The notes beneath the pieces are model-generated. The model did not search any database. It saw only the letters and a program-made list of their open reading frames with translations, and had not been told where the DNA came from. A DNA stretch of 64,000 bases, taken from Anthoceros angustus (Eukaryota; Plantae; Anthocerotophyta). A program made the translations under genes and the position numbers. Position 1 is the stretch's first letter. Every line of letters starts with the position of its first letter. Shown piece after piece: positions 13,101 through 24,999 of this stretch. The DNA lies in contig MU008209.1 in the NCBI GenBank assembly GCA_010909165.1, positions 394,919 through 458,918 of the forward strand. Reading direction: 5' to 3'.

Positions 13101-14610
13101 TCTTCATCTTCATCAAGTCCTCCATGTTCCTTCAATGTGCAAGAATCTAGTATCACCGCAAGTCTTTGTCAAGAACACACTAGTGGTGATCCTTTATGCA
13201 GATAGTTGTCTTCTCTCATAAGTGATAGAAACTATACAATGCGTGCACTTTAGATGATGGTCTCTATAGATTGTCAAGACAAGTGGGAGCCACCCATTCT
13301 CGCTAATGTTGCCATTCCAAACCCTGACACCTACCCAAACCATGCTTTGGCATTGTCGAATTGGTCAAACCACCTAGGGGTAGGAAGATAGTAACCAGCA
13401 AATGGGTATTCAAAAATTAAAAGAAAAGGAGATGGTTCTATAGAAAGGTATAAGGCACGCCTAGTAGTAGGTTTTACACAAATTCGGTCTAGATTACATA
13501 CCTTGGGCCACTTATGCCCCAAGAGCCAAATTTGCCACACTCAATGATATTTGCCTTATGTGCCCAACATGATCTTGAACTCCACATGATGGATGTTAAG
13601 ACAACATATTTGTACCGCAAGAGGAAATATACATGAGACAACCCGAGGTTACGTCAAAGGCAAAGAAGATTGGGTATGCCGACTCATCAAAGGTTTGTAT
13701 GGCCTTAAGCAAAAAGAATTGGAATTTAACCATACATGTACAACTTATTGGGAGAGGATTTAAGCAAAGCGTGGTGATGCTTGTATGTACATCCTAATAT
13801 CCGCAATGATATATTTTATCTTCTACTTTATGTTGATGATGTTTTATGGCAACAAACTCCTTACTCTCCTAGCCAAACTAAAGCATGGCTTAGGACTCTA
13901 TTTGAGATGTCCGATCTAGGAGAAATGACATATGCACTTGGTGTTAATATTATACTAAATAGAGGTAATAAGACTCTAAGTATAGTTCAAACCAAGTATA
14001 TTAAGGAGAGTTTAGCTAAATTTGACTTGAGGATGCAAAGCTGCACCCACACCTTTGCAAGTGGTGTTAGGCTTACCTCGATATGAGTCCCAAAATAGCT
14101 GAAAAAAGCTAGAAATGTTAGCAGTTCCATCTTATTAGCATGGCGCGACTGGCCACGCCATAGCGCACAATCCGTGTTGTTGTAGCAAGGGTCCGTTCCC
14201 AAGAGAATGATAGGCTCTTGACACGTTTGACCGATTTTACCCCATGTCGTGACCGCTTAGACAGTGCGCTGCGGCAGCAGTTCTACGACTAACTCTTAAC
14301 GTCACCGAAGCAGGCCGTGGCTAAACGTTTAAGGAGACTCGTCCGCCGATCGCCGTCCCTCATCCGCCGTTCGCCGGCCTCGTCCGGCTCTTCACGCCTC
14401 CCGAGTTCCCACTCATGCGTTGGCCCGTCTGACGTCGCGCCGCCTGACGGCAGCAAGGGTCCTCGATCGTCACCCCGCACACCATCTCACGTTAGGGTCC
14501 GTCACCGTGACCTCGATCGCTCCGGAGCTGTCGACCTTTCGATGACTCGGACTCACGTTAGCAAAGACGCACAAGGGTCTACAACGAAACGGTTTCCACC
14601 CAAGAGAAAG
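10195..14610 (+). repeat. Mosaic of duplicated segments of 4775-10195, including a duplicated 5' LTR plus PBS at about 10539-10768
   Basis: 10195-11265 matches 4775-5900; 11265-12069 matches 9380-10195; 12069-13355 matches 6260-7555; 13355-14610 matches 8915-10195. Confidence 0.85.
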
Positions 14611-15248
14611 ATGCTTTACTAGAGCAGCGCCCTCTTATACTACGCCCAAGGGCGTCTTTATTACACTCCTATTCGAAATGGTAGCCACCAAGATGCCCTA
14701 GCCTACTATTTCCTTCCTAACCGCTATCTCGGCCGGTGATGGGTCCGGAGTGTTGGTTTCGCCTCGGCGCCGATGACCCAATCCCGTGCCCTGACACTTG
14801 CGGCGCACCCAATCGGATGATCCGCGAGGCGGGACCCTTCCCCTTCCCGAGACCCGCCGTTGGAGCTCTGCGTCGGTGATCCGACAACCGTGGTAACCAC
14901 CACATCCTCCTCTCTCGCCTCCAGTGGATCCCCGCTCAGGGGCCACCGGTTGGCTCCACCGAGTGTGGCAGACCTCTCTCCCTCCCGAGTGGGACTCCTG
15001 GGGTGCAGGTCTCGACTCGGGTCCGATCCTCGGTCGGCCTTATTTCGAGTCCGGACCTCGGGTCCGGTCGTCGGGTTCGGACCTCGAGGTCCGACTCATT
15101 ACTGTGGTCCGACCTCTACTGTGGTCCGACGTCCGGACCCCACCACTGACCCTCGATTGTTGGGGGTCCACCCTCGCTCACCGGACCCCCATCCTGGCTT
15201 GGGTCCGGTTGGTTTCCTCCTTCCCCACCCCTTTCGGGGCCCTCTGTC
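14140..15248. mobile_element. GC-rich unclassified segment, probably the distal part of element X
   Basis: Lies between the copia RT break and family A. Contains GGTCCGA(CCTC) short repeats at about 15040-15140. The CTGTC/CTGAC flanks of family A suggest continuity with 36161 onward. Confidence 0.4.
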
Positions 15249-15627
15249 GTGAAGCGTGAAAAGTTTGGGACTACCGGTGTCCCGAGTATGAGCTTGTCCC
15301 GGGGCAACTCCACCAATCTTAGCTGTGAGGACTATGGGATCGCCTTGTCCCATAGTGAGGCCCGCCCCTTGGTGGGACCGCCATGTCCCAAAGTTGGGAT
15401 GGCCCCTTGCCCTTGTGGATCGGGTAAGGTATCCGTCGCAGCTAAGGGGAACGCCATGTCCCATGGCCGGGACGATCTGGTTGCGCCCTTGCCTCCTCGT
15501 TACTAGCCCACTTATTGTCACTCCAGATTCGGACTCGTAGAATGGGGCCAAAGTTTCGGTCCGAGTATGAGTCCGCCACAAAGGGTCCCCTTGCAAAGAA
15601 CAAAATATGCTGGGAGAGCATCTGCTC
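15249..15627 (-). repeat. Family A repeat B2
   Basis: Same ends as 16410-16786 (GTGAAGCGTGAAAAGTTTGGG...GGGAGAGCATCTGC); the GC-rich middle is diverged. Confidence 0.85.
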
Positions 15628-16405
15628 AAAGGGATCCCCGCGCAATGGCAGGAATCACGAGATTTCTTGAAGATTTCTTGGCTAGACCAGTTTCTGGCTG
15701 GAGCCAGAATCAAGCCTTCCTTGTAGGGAAGCACACGAGCAAAACACAGATCCGATCGATCTTGGATTTCAGATTGCAAGGGTTCACAAAGTGCTTTCCT
15801 CCCTAACCCAAGGCGCTGCACGATTTGAAGACTACCCTCATTCCTTGCCCCACGGTCCTCAATCCCGCCGCCATCATCTCCATGCTCCGCTCGATTCCCA
15901 CCGATGTTTGCGCCATGATGCGAAGCAACCCTCACGCTTGGTGGTGCTCCTCCCACGTTGATCGGTGCCTTGTTTGGGTTTGGGTCCAGCTTTGGTTTCA
16001 CACCTAAACTAAGTGGCTTTTCTAGCCTACCTAGTTATCCGCTCATAACGGATCTATTTCTATAACTAGTATTTAAAGGAAATGAATCCTTGGACTATGG
16101 GCCAATCAAAATAAAGGATATGTTTTCATGTCCTTGGTTAATGAAAATGCCTAACCAAACGTAGTATAAAAGCAAGCATACATCGAGTTCACATTCTTTG
16201 CATGCGCCCTTAGTTCTTGTGTCTGACGTTGGGCTGGGCTGCATTTCCAGCCTGTGGACTGCATGTCCCATGGCTGGGATGGCTGTCCGGTGTGGACGCC
16301 ATGTCCCATGGGGGATCCGGCTATCCGGCTGGACTACCATGTCCCATGGCGATTCTGTCCTTGGGGATCGCCATGTCCCATGTCTAGGACGGTCTTGGCA
16401 ACCTC
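15628..16405 (-). repeat. Family A repeat A2
   Basis: Matches 35309-36160 from AAAGGGATCC to GGTCTTGGCAACCTC. Confidence 0.9.
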
Positions 16406-16409
16406 GGCC

Positions 16410-16786
16410 GTGAAGCGTGAAAAGTTTGGGACTACCGGTGTCCCGAGTATGAGCTTGTCCCGGCAACTCCACCAATCTTAGCTGAGGACTATGGGGTGCC
16501 TTGTCCCATAGACAGCCTGCAGCCCCGGCTGGACTGCCATGTCCCAAAGCTGGGATGCCGGCAGCCCCGGGACCGCTGTCCTGGCTGTCGAGTCCGGCAG
16601 CCTGGCTATGGGCCATGTCCCATGGCGATAGTCCTGTTGCAGCTCCTTGCCTCCACATTAGCCCACTTATCGTCACTCCAGATTCGGACTCTGTAGCTGA
16701 ATGGGGCCAAAGTTTCGCACCAGTATGAGTCCGCCACAAAGGGTCCCCCTTGCAAAGAACAAAATATGCTGGGAGAGCATCTGCCC
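16410..16786 (-). repeat. Family A repeat B1
   Basis: Copy of B2, adjacent to the end of the PHD ORF. Minus-strand TGGGGTAGGG at its inner border (16784-16793). Confidence 0.85.
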
Positions 16787-16809
16787 TACCCCAGCCATTG
16801 AAGCTTGTG

Positions 16810-18010
16810 TCAGAATGTCGAGGCTGCCGGAGAGGCAGCACATAGTGGACAATACCACGCAGTTCCCGGCACCCTGAGAGAGGCGCAAAGCAAAATAGGT
16901 GGTACCACGTGCTGGTCGCACAGATCAGCGTGGTCGTCTCCTCCGCAACTGCATGGGTAATCACCGAGGTACCCAATCACGACAATGGTTGGATCCAGTT
17001 GGGCAAATGGCAAGGCGCACAATTTTTCATGTGATCCTTGGTGGTACGTCCATCTGATCCTTGTAGCACTAGCACACCATTGTCCTTGACCTCCGAACTC
17101 GCAACATGTCGACGTGGTGGTGTCAAGGGTGTCTCCCACTTGCTTCGCAAGCAAAACAAAGTCCCACCGAATTTCTTGAGCTTGGGTCTGAAGCTGCCGC
17201 TGCGAGTGTGGGCATATCTAAGGGTGTCCCGATGTTGGGCAATCCTCAAATTAGCCATGGCCATCGGCATGGCTTGTCAAACAGTGCACGCCCGACCGAT
17301 GACCGTTGCCCAAATTGCTGGATCATCCAGATCCACTACCTCATAGAGTTGCTTGGCAATGGAGCTAGGCGGCATGGGTTCCCTCCCAAACAGCAAGAAG
17401 TAGGGACTGAAATGTGCCAAGGAGGCATGCCGACTCACACGGTAGCCCATGGCGATGTAGGGAAGAGCCAAGTCCCACTCTGTCTTTGGCATTTGAAGGC
17501 AGAGCTTCCTTAGACCCTTCTTGATGGTCTGTACCATCCGTTCAGCCAGGCCATCAGCCTGAGGATGGTCTCGGCTGGTCCTACGATGGTCGATGAGCGC
17601 TGTGTCCAGCAGGTCTTGGAATTCCCCTCGAAATTCAGACCCCTGATCCGTCAAGCACTCGGAGCAGCTCCCAAAGCGACTCAACACATTGTGAAGAAAG
17701 GCCTGAGCGGTGCTTTTGGAGCTCTTGTCCGGCAGGGCCACCACCTCTACCCACTTGGAGAAGTGCTCCATCATGACAAGAATGTACACGTTCCCTCGTG
17801 GTGTCTTGGGTAGTTCACCCAACAAGTCACAAGACCACCTAAAGAACAGCCCCATGATAGGCAAAGGGTGTGAGGGTTACGGATGGTGAAGGAGGTCTTC
17901 ACTGTCAGCCCTTGCAACAAAGCCACCGCTTGACTTGGGCGTACATCCCTTGCCAATGGAAATGTGGGAGGAGCAAACTGTAAGTACGCTTGACTCCAAA
18001 ATGGCCTGTC
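16810..18010 (-). pseudogene. Family A integrase (H2C2 zinc finger, DDE core) with degenerate C-terminal PHD finger
   Basis: GHFGVKRT, WSCDL...EHFSKWVEV...TDQGSEF...PQADGLAERMVQTIK, and C-terminal YPC...WYCPLC. Confidence 0.9.
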
Positions 18011-19543
18011 GTGCAAAAACAGCTGGACATCGGATAGCACAACATTTCGCTCACGCCTTGTGCATGTGGTAACACCACTAATCGACTACAAACATTTGCA
18101 AAGAACGTGACATGTCATGATCATACTCAACTACGACCCGAATGCACATCCGGCCGAGAGCTGATTAGAAAAGAAAACAATAATCCTGCTAAATTCCCAT
18201 CAAAATGCCTCATTCAATCGCCTATCACCGATCAAACGCGTGAGTTTGAGAGTTCACAGAGCCGGACATAGTGCCGCAACCCAAAACCAAGTGTCGACTC
18301 GGACATCCGTGATCGAAATTCCCAAGCAAGCTTTCGGCATTCACTAATCTATAACGGCCAGAGCTCTCCTCCTCGCTCAAGAGACTCTCAAGACTATCCT
18401 AAGCCAAGCACGCTTGCCTCTTGTATCCGCGCCTAGCCTGCCGCCTCTCCGCCCCTCCCGCCATGCATCGCCTTCCATCCTTTTCCATGATTGCTTCCTG
18501 TCACTCTCACGCTCCCGCAATCTCCTCATGATCCGGCAAATCAATCGGTAATTTCACCACGACCTTCCCGAAAACTAATGGCTAACAATACATGACATTT
18601 CTAGATGTCAAGATATTACCGATATCCTCTCTCTATGTACATGGACTTGCCTCAACCAATGATCCCGACACGCGTGAAGATGACATATTGGTCGGCAAAA
18701 CAAATTGGACATCGGATAGCACAACATTTCCTCACTTTTGTTGTATGTGGTAACACCACTAATCGACTACAAACATTTGCAAACGTGACATGTCATGATC
18801 AACGGCTCAACTACGACCAATGCACATCCGGTGAGAGCTGATTAGAAAAAGAAAACAATAATCCTGCTAAATTCCCATCAAAATGCCTCATTCAATCGGT
18901 CTATCACCGATCAAACGCGTGAGTTTGAGAGTTCACAACAGAGCCGACAGTGCCGCAACCCAAAACCAAGTGTCGACTGACATCCGATCGAAATTCCCAA
19001 GCAAGCCATTCACTAATCTACAACGGCCAGAGCTGCCCCCTCCGCTCAAGAGACTCTCAAGACTATCCTAAGCCAAGCACGCTTGCCTCTTGTATCCGCG
19101 CCTAGTCGCCTCTCGCCGCCCCTCCCGCCATGCATCGCCTTCCATCCTTTTCCATGATTGCTTTCCTTGTCCTCACCAGCCTCACAATCTCCTTGTTATG
19201 ATCCAAAGAAATCAATCGGTAATTTCGCCACGACCTTCCGAAAACTAATGGCTAACAATACATGACATTTCTAGATGTCAAGATATTACCGATATCCTCT
19301 CTATGTACATGGACTTGCCTCAACCAATGATCCCGACACCGTGATTCCAAAGATGACACCGTGCAAAACAAATTGGACATCGGATAGCACAACATTTCGC
19401 TCACACAGGTATGTGGTAACACCACTAATCGACTACAAACATTTGCAAAGAACGTGACATGTCATGATCAACCAACTACGACCAATGCACATCCGTCGAG
19501 AGCTGATTAGAAAAAGAAAACAATAATCCGCTAAATTCCCATC
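18011..19543 (-). repeat. Family C 3' repeats: B3 18011-18201, A3 18202-18685, B2 18694-18879, A2 18880-19358, B1 19361-19543
   Basis: About 680-bp periodic sequence. A units run AAAATGCCTC...GATGACA and B units run G(T/G)GCAAAA...AAATTCCCATC. Confidence 0.9.
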
Positions 19544-19581
19544 CCCATAAGCCAAGAGAAGGCCAACACGAGAATGCTGGT

Positions 19582-20800
19582 TCAACTAGAACTGCCAGGA
19601 TCCCAAAGAGGTCTGGAGCTGGTCTCTCCATTACACTGAGCACAATACCACAATCCTTCAGGCACCTCTGTTAATGGCGGAACAAGGCAAAACAGATGAA
19701 AGCCTCCATTACAACCATCACAAAGCAACATGAGCTCAGGGTCATCCACCCGTTGACAAACTTGACATGGATAATCACTAGGTGGCACCCAATTCGCTGT
19801 GACAATCGTGGGATCCAGATTAGGTAGATGGCAAGGAGCACAATTGGTCATGTGGTCTTGTATAGTCCGCCATCGCTCCTCGAGCACCAACACACCTGGA
19901 TCAAGTTCCTTCACACGCAGTAATGCCGTTAGTAGAAGGTTCTAATGTGTCGCCAGCTTGTCGCTGAAGATAAACATAATCGCCAACATGGAACTTCCTC
20001 ATCTTAGGTCGAAATGCCCACTCGTGTAAGCATAACGTAAAGAGTCCCGATGTTGAGCAATTTTCACCGCCATCGCCATAGGCATGGCTCGCTAAACAAC
20101 ACCGCCTGCCGCCAACAACCTTAGCCCAAGTGGCTGGATCATCCAGCTGGACCACCTGGTTCATTTCCTTGGCAATGGCAACCGGCGGAACCGGATCTCG
20201 TCCAAACAAGAGGAAATACGGTGAAAAGTGAGCTAGAAGCGTGTTTGCTCATACGCACCATAGCCACATATGGCAAAGCCAAATCACTGTCTTAGACATC
20301 TTGAGCAACAACTTACGAGCCCTTGTTTGATGGTCCGAACAAGTCGCTCACCAAACCGCCGCCTTGAGGATGGTCTCGCTAGTGCGTGATCGATGAATGC
20401 AAGTCTCAGATCTTGGAATTCTCCCGAATGTGCCTTGATCCGTCAAACACTGCATGACTACCAAAGCGATCGAGAACATGCAAAGAAGGCCCGAGAAGTG
20501 CTTCGGATGACTTGTCCTAGAGCCACAATTTCGCCCACTTGGAAAAATGTTCCACCATCACCATCACATACACGCTACGAGGCGCCCGGCAAATCTCCTA
20601 TAAGATCACAAGACCATCGTAAAACAAACCCATAATGGGTAATGGCGATGGCTTGATGTTAAGACTTCACTCACACCGCTCGCAAAGACGCCACCACGCC
20701 ACGCACTTGAGCATACATCCCAAACCAATGGAAATGAGGAGACAATAAACTATATGTTCGCTTGACCCCAAAGTGACCCATGTCGAATGAGCACGCATGA
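19582..20800 (-). pseudogene. Family C integrase with intact C4-H-C3 PHD finger
   Basis: CQVCQRVDDPELMLLCDGCNGGFHLFCLVPPLTEVPEGLWYCAQC at about 19636-19770; DMGHFGVKR and FGRDPVPP integrase motifs upstream. Confidence 0.9.
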
Positions 20801-20959
20801 CCAAAGCTATTCATGTGGTGTGCACCAGCACGAGCCCGTAGACAAGGTGCGGATCAAATAGCCATCTTTCCAACGATACCGAGCTCCGTCAGATCCGATC
20901 TCGCTGAAGTGTGTGCAATCAGCAGAAACAATCCACTTTGAAGAAACCGTAAGATGATC

Positions 20960-22200
20960 ATCTTCCCATATGTCGCGATGTGCCCGAAATCGCAATGGTT
21001 CTCCATGTCCCACACATAGATTCCGCAAACATGTTGTCAGTAAGAAACTTGACCCGTGATCTCATGGTCCCGCTTAGCACACGCCTCATCCTCATCACGT
21101 AGTCGGGATGTCGAAAGCACATCCGCATTCTCGTGTGTGATGCCGTGGCGAACGACTTGGAAGTCATAATCCGCAATGTCATTGCCCACCTTGCGACCTT
21201 GCCACCGAGCTTAGTATTCGTCATAAGCCAACGTAAAGGCGATGGTCACCACCAAAGTAAATGGCCGACCATACAGATAAGGTCCGAAATGGCAAATGCA
21301 TCATGCCAAACACTCCTTCATAGCTAGGATAATTGCTCTCACCTTGTTGCTACGTGCATAAGCGATAACACGCTCATGTCCTTCTTCGTCGCCAGTAAGC
21401 CGGCTCCAATACCTAATCGACCTAATCCGTATGAAGCACAAATGGCTTCTCGAAGCCGGGCCATCACAGCGCCATCACTTTCTTCAACAATTCAAATGCT
21501 GCTAAGTCCGTCCAATCCCAAATCACGCCCGCGCAGAGGTTGTTAAGTGGTTTAGCAAGACGCTAAAATCTTGAATGTAAATCCGTAGTAGTTACACAAT
21601 CCCAAATAGGAGCGCACTGACACACCGAGAATGTGTACCTCTAACACCTTGAACCTTTGCAGGTGGCATGATACCGTTAGGCACAATCCTATGTCCCAAA
21701 TAGGCGACAGATCCATGCCCACACACTTAGGATGGCATTTGAGTCCCGCCTATGGAGCTGCAAAATAGATCCTCTAAATGCCTCAAATGAGCCTCAAAAT
21801 CCTTCGTGCACGAGCACATCATCAATATAGCAAAGCGATGAGCAGCCCGGACAATACCTTGTCCATGATACAGAAATGTAACAGTGCATTTCAAACCCAA
21901 ACGGCATAAACAACCATTCCCATAGCCGCGAGCCATGAAATGTCTTTTTATGTCTTCTTCAACCATTGGCACCGGTTGAATCCTTGCCGCAGGTATAGAA
22001 CAGAGAAGAATGCTGACTGTCCGATGCTATCGAATAGCTCCTCCGTGTGGGCATCGGATAACGATCTTGAGCCGCACGCATTGATCGGTCGATAATCACC
22101 ACACATGCGTCGTCTATAAACCCCGATCGCCCTTCTTAGGAGGAAGAAGCACCGTGCATAAGTGGATGGTCGAATCAATCTCGCCTCAGCCTCGCTTATC
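20960..22200 (-). pseudogene. Family C RT and RNase H, heavily frameshifted
   Basis: RMCGDYRPIN, LRQGFN, and TNTKLGGKVARWAM motifs. Confidence 0.85.
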
Positions 22201-22599
22201 GACTATTTCCCATTCGCAGATCGAGCTCGTAACGACGCCGGTAGATGGGCTCATTAGTTGTCACCGCACTCAACTTCATAACGCAAGTACCAAGGTCCTT
22301 CATCGAAAACGCAAAACAATCTTGATATGTTATCATAAGCAATCCGCTGATCATTTGTCAATCGGACCCATCTTCCACCGGAAATCAGCCACTCTTAGCC
22401 TCGATTGCTTCGCCGATAACGCAACGAGTCGCCAGATCATCACCGTCGGAAACGATGATCTCTAAAATGCATACTCCCCGCCTTCCGAAAAGGCATGAAA
22501 AGCTCGAAAAGGCGATGAACAAAGATCCGATGACACAAGCGCGATCGCCAATCGACAAAGCCGCAAAACCAGGACCAAAGAAAAGTTGAAAGCCAAACA

Positions 22600-23500
22600 G
22601 ATGTCGACGAGTGTCACAAAGATGTAAATCCATGGCACGACCCAGCAAAGACATCACGAGCAATAGAAATGCCGAGCGGCAGATCGTGAGTCGCAAACCC
22701 CATAATGCTCCCGCCTCGCCAGCGGGTTCCTCCCAACGCCGAGTCTCGAATGCAAGAATAATCCCGGCCTTCCACGATACGCATAAGACCGAAACTAACA
22801 AGTGTAGGCAAGGTACGTCGCGGATAACCCACCTCATTGGTAGCAAACCATGGGGCTTTCTCCGGTCTGAATCGTCGAGGAGAGTGATAAACTTCGAGCA
22901 CATCCTGTAATTGACGTTCAGCAGGACGAATAGTATGATGTAAAGACAATACAAGGATCACAACGAGCCCGCTTTGTCCAAAACTGCGAAGACGATGAGC
23001 ATAATCACGCACATGCATCAAAACCGAGGCGGGCCCAAAACATGCTGCACCAAATTGGCGTCATGGCGCACAGACAGCCGAGAATCTAGATGTGCAGGAG
23101 TGTTTTCCAGAGTGTAAACCACCGACGGATTACACTGCTGAAACTCATGCTGCAGCTGCACGAGAGGCAAGAACAACCCAGATCGCGAATCCTGTAGGCC
23201 ATCCCCAAATCCAGCTTGGGAGAACCCCTGGCATTCCCAACCCGCAACCACAAGGTCCACACGTCCTAAAGCTTGAACATGGGAGGATTGAATCAACAAG
23301 ATGTCTTGTGGCAGGGTAGTAAAAGCACAATTGCAAGCGGACTGATTAAATTGCTGGGGAAAACGGATGCACAATCGCCGCAAACGATGTGCGAATTTGA
23401 CGAGCCACTAAGCGCTTATCACAGTAATAACTATGAATACGCAATCCGCACGCAATGGCCTCCAAGCTGCAAATACCTCCAAACAACTCCACCAATACAT
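22600..23500 (-). pseudogene. Family C DNMT3-like C5 cytosine methyltransferase domain
   Basis: Motif I VELFGGI (23469-23492); motif IV VDLVVAGWECQGFSQAG..GLQDSRSGLF (about 23170-23265); motif VI LENT (about 23100); AHRLR..WT (about 22980-23010); IMGF and LLGRAMD (about 22625-22720). Confidence 0.85.
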
Positions 23501-23899
23501 GCCTCGATGAAAGGCCACGAAATAGTCACACGTGTGAAAGCAACTCCTGTGCAATCTGCCCAAAGGTGCGAGGCCAGCCCAGCCACGATACCGAACGCAA
23601 ATTGACATGATGTTGAGCCTCAACCGACAACGAGGGTGACCGACAATCATCTCATCAACAAGAGCACAAGCCTCCACCATCGAGTCGTGCGCCACTTCAT
23701 CGATAGTCTCATCAACTCGAAAACAACCATTGCTCATGCTGATCATCCTTGACCAACCGAGGAATAAACTGCACCATACAGACATGGCGACCAGCCAGCG
23801 ACACTTCCATGTCATCATTGCGGTGATGCAAATCAAGTGGAATGTAGGCCAACCGCTTGCCTCCTTGCTGCCAATCAATTATGTAAAAAGCTTGCTCTG

Positions 23900-24435
23900 T
23901 CCAATTATCAATACTGACCCCAGGTGGAAACAAAAACTCCTGGCACAAGAGTACATCATAATTGGTAGCAGAAACCGCATAACGAACTCGAGAGTCACAT
24001 CGGCGCACGGTCAAGAGCAATAGACATTGGAAACACTGTCTCACCCTAGATCGGCTCCACAGCTCCCATTGCTGTACGGATGTTCCAGGGAGAGTTGCGT
24101 AATGCTGATCCCATCAACTGCAATCGAGTGGCCAGAGTCTGACCAATAATAACTGGCTGAGCACCAGTATCGAACAACACCATACGAGGTGCAACACCAT
24201 TGATCGTCACATGACCAGCGGTATTGTTCACCAATGCATGATTGACCCGAACTTGCAGGCGATTTGTTGGTTGCACCAACGGATTGCCTTGAGTGGCAAG
24301 GGCCAAGTGTGAAACCATCACCGGTTTTCCAGCAGCAAGTGGCTCAATCCAATCCAGCTCACTGGTAGCTAGAGCATCAGCTAGTGCTGTCTCACCAGTA
24401 CTCGGCTTGTCTAACTCGACTATCACGGCGTACAC
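23900..24435 (-). pseudogene. Family C aspartic protease
   Basis: VLFDTGAQPVIIG. Confidence 0.85.
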
Positions 24436-24999
24436 TGAACCAAATGATGTAAAGGAAGCAACCTGCGGGCCCCTATTCCCACCTCCTCAAGAGAAAATAA
24501 AGGTACATGCACCGCTTGTAGCAATCCCTCCCACGTCATGGAAGACAAACGAATAGGTTCACCTCCTTGATCTCTCACGACTCACGCCCGATATGGCAAA
24601 TGGTCTCGAACCACGCAATGGCGGAATGACGCCAAAGGTACAATGGCAAACGACTTAGGCATGATCGCCCTAGCTTGTCGCAACGATACTTTTGCCGTGG
24701 GAGCCGAACCTCCGCCGTCATGCTGGCCACTCGACCTAACCAAGAGCAAGGTAAGTCTTCTAGCATACTAGATGTGTGCACAACGTGCTCGCCTGTAATT
24801 TTCTTCGCCTCACCATCTTGTGAGCCATGCAAACATGGTAAGGATCCCCATAATCTTCTCCCACACGTACATGCTCATCAGGAGAGTCACAAACCATAAC
24901 TCCTGCAAGTTTATCTTCAGACACCACGAGCGAAGCTCCTCCAGCAGGCTTGACTGCCAAACTAGCAGTAAGTGTACCCAACTGCGTTGTAAGAGCAGC

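Noticed and set aside
15099-16976. 300-aa and 293-aa minus-strand ORFs
   Set aside because: They run across the B2/A2/B1 terminal repeats and have no recognisable domain; most likely chance GC-rich frames.
19545-19640. Chromodomain after the PHD finger
   Set aside because: The ORF stops shortly after the PHD and B1 begins, leaving no room.
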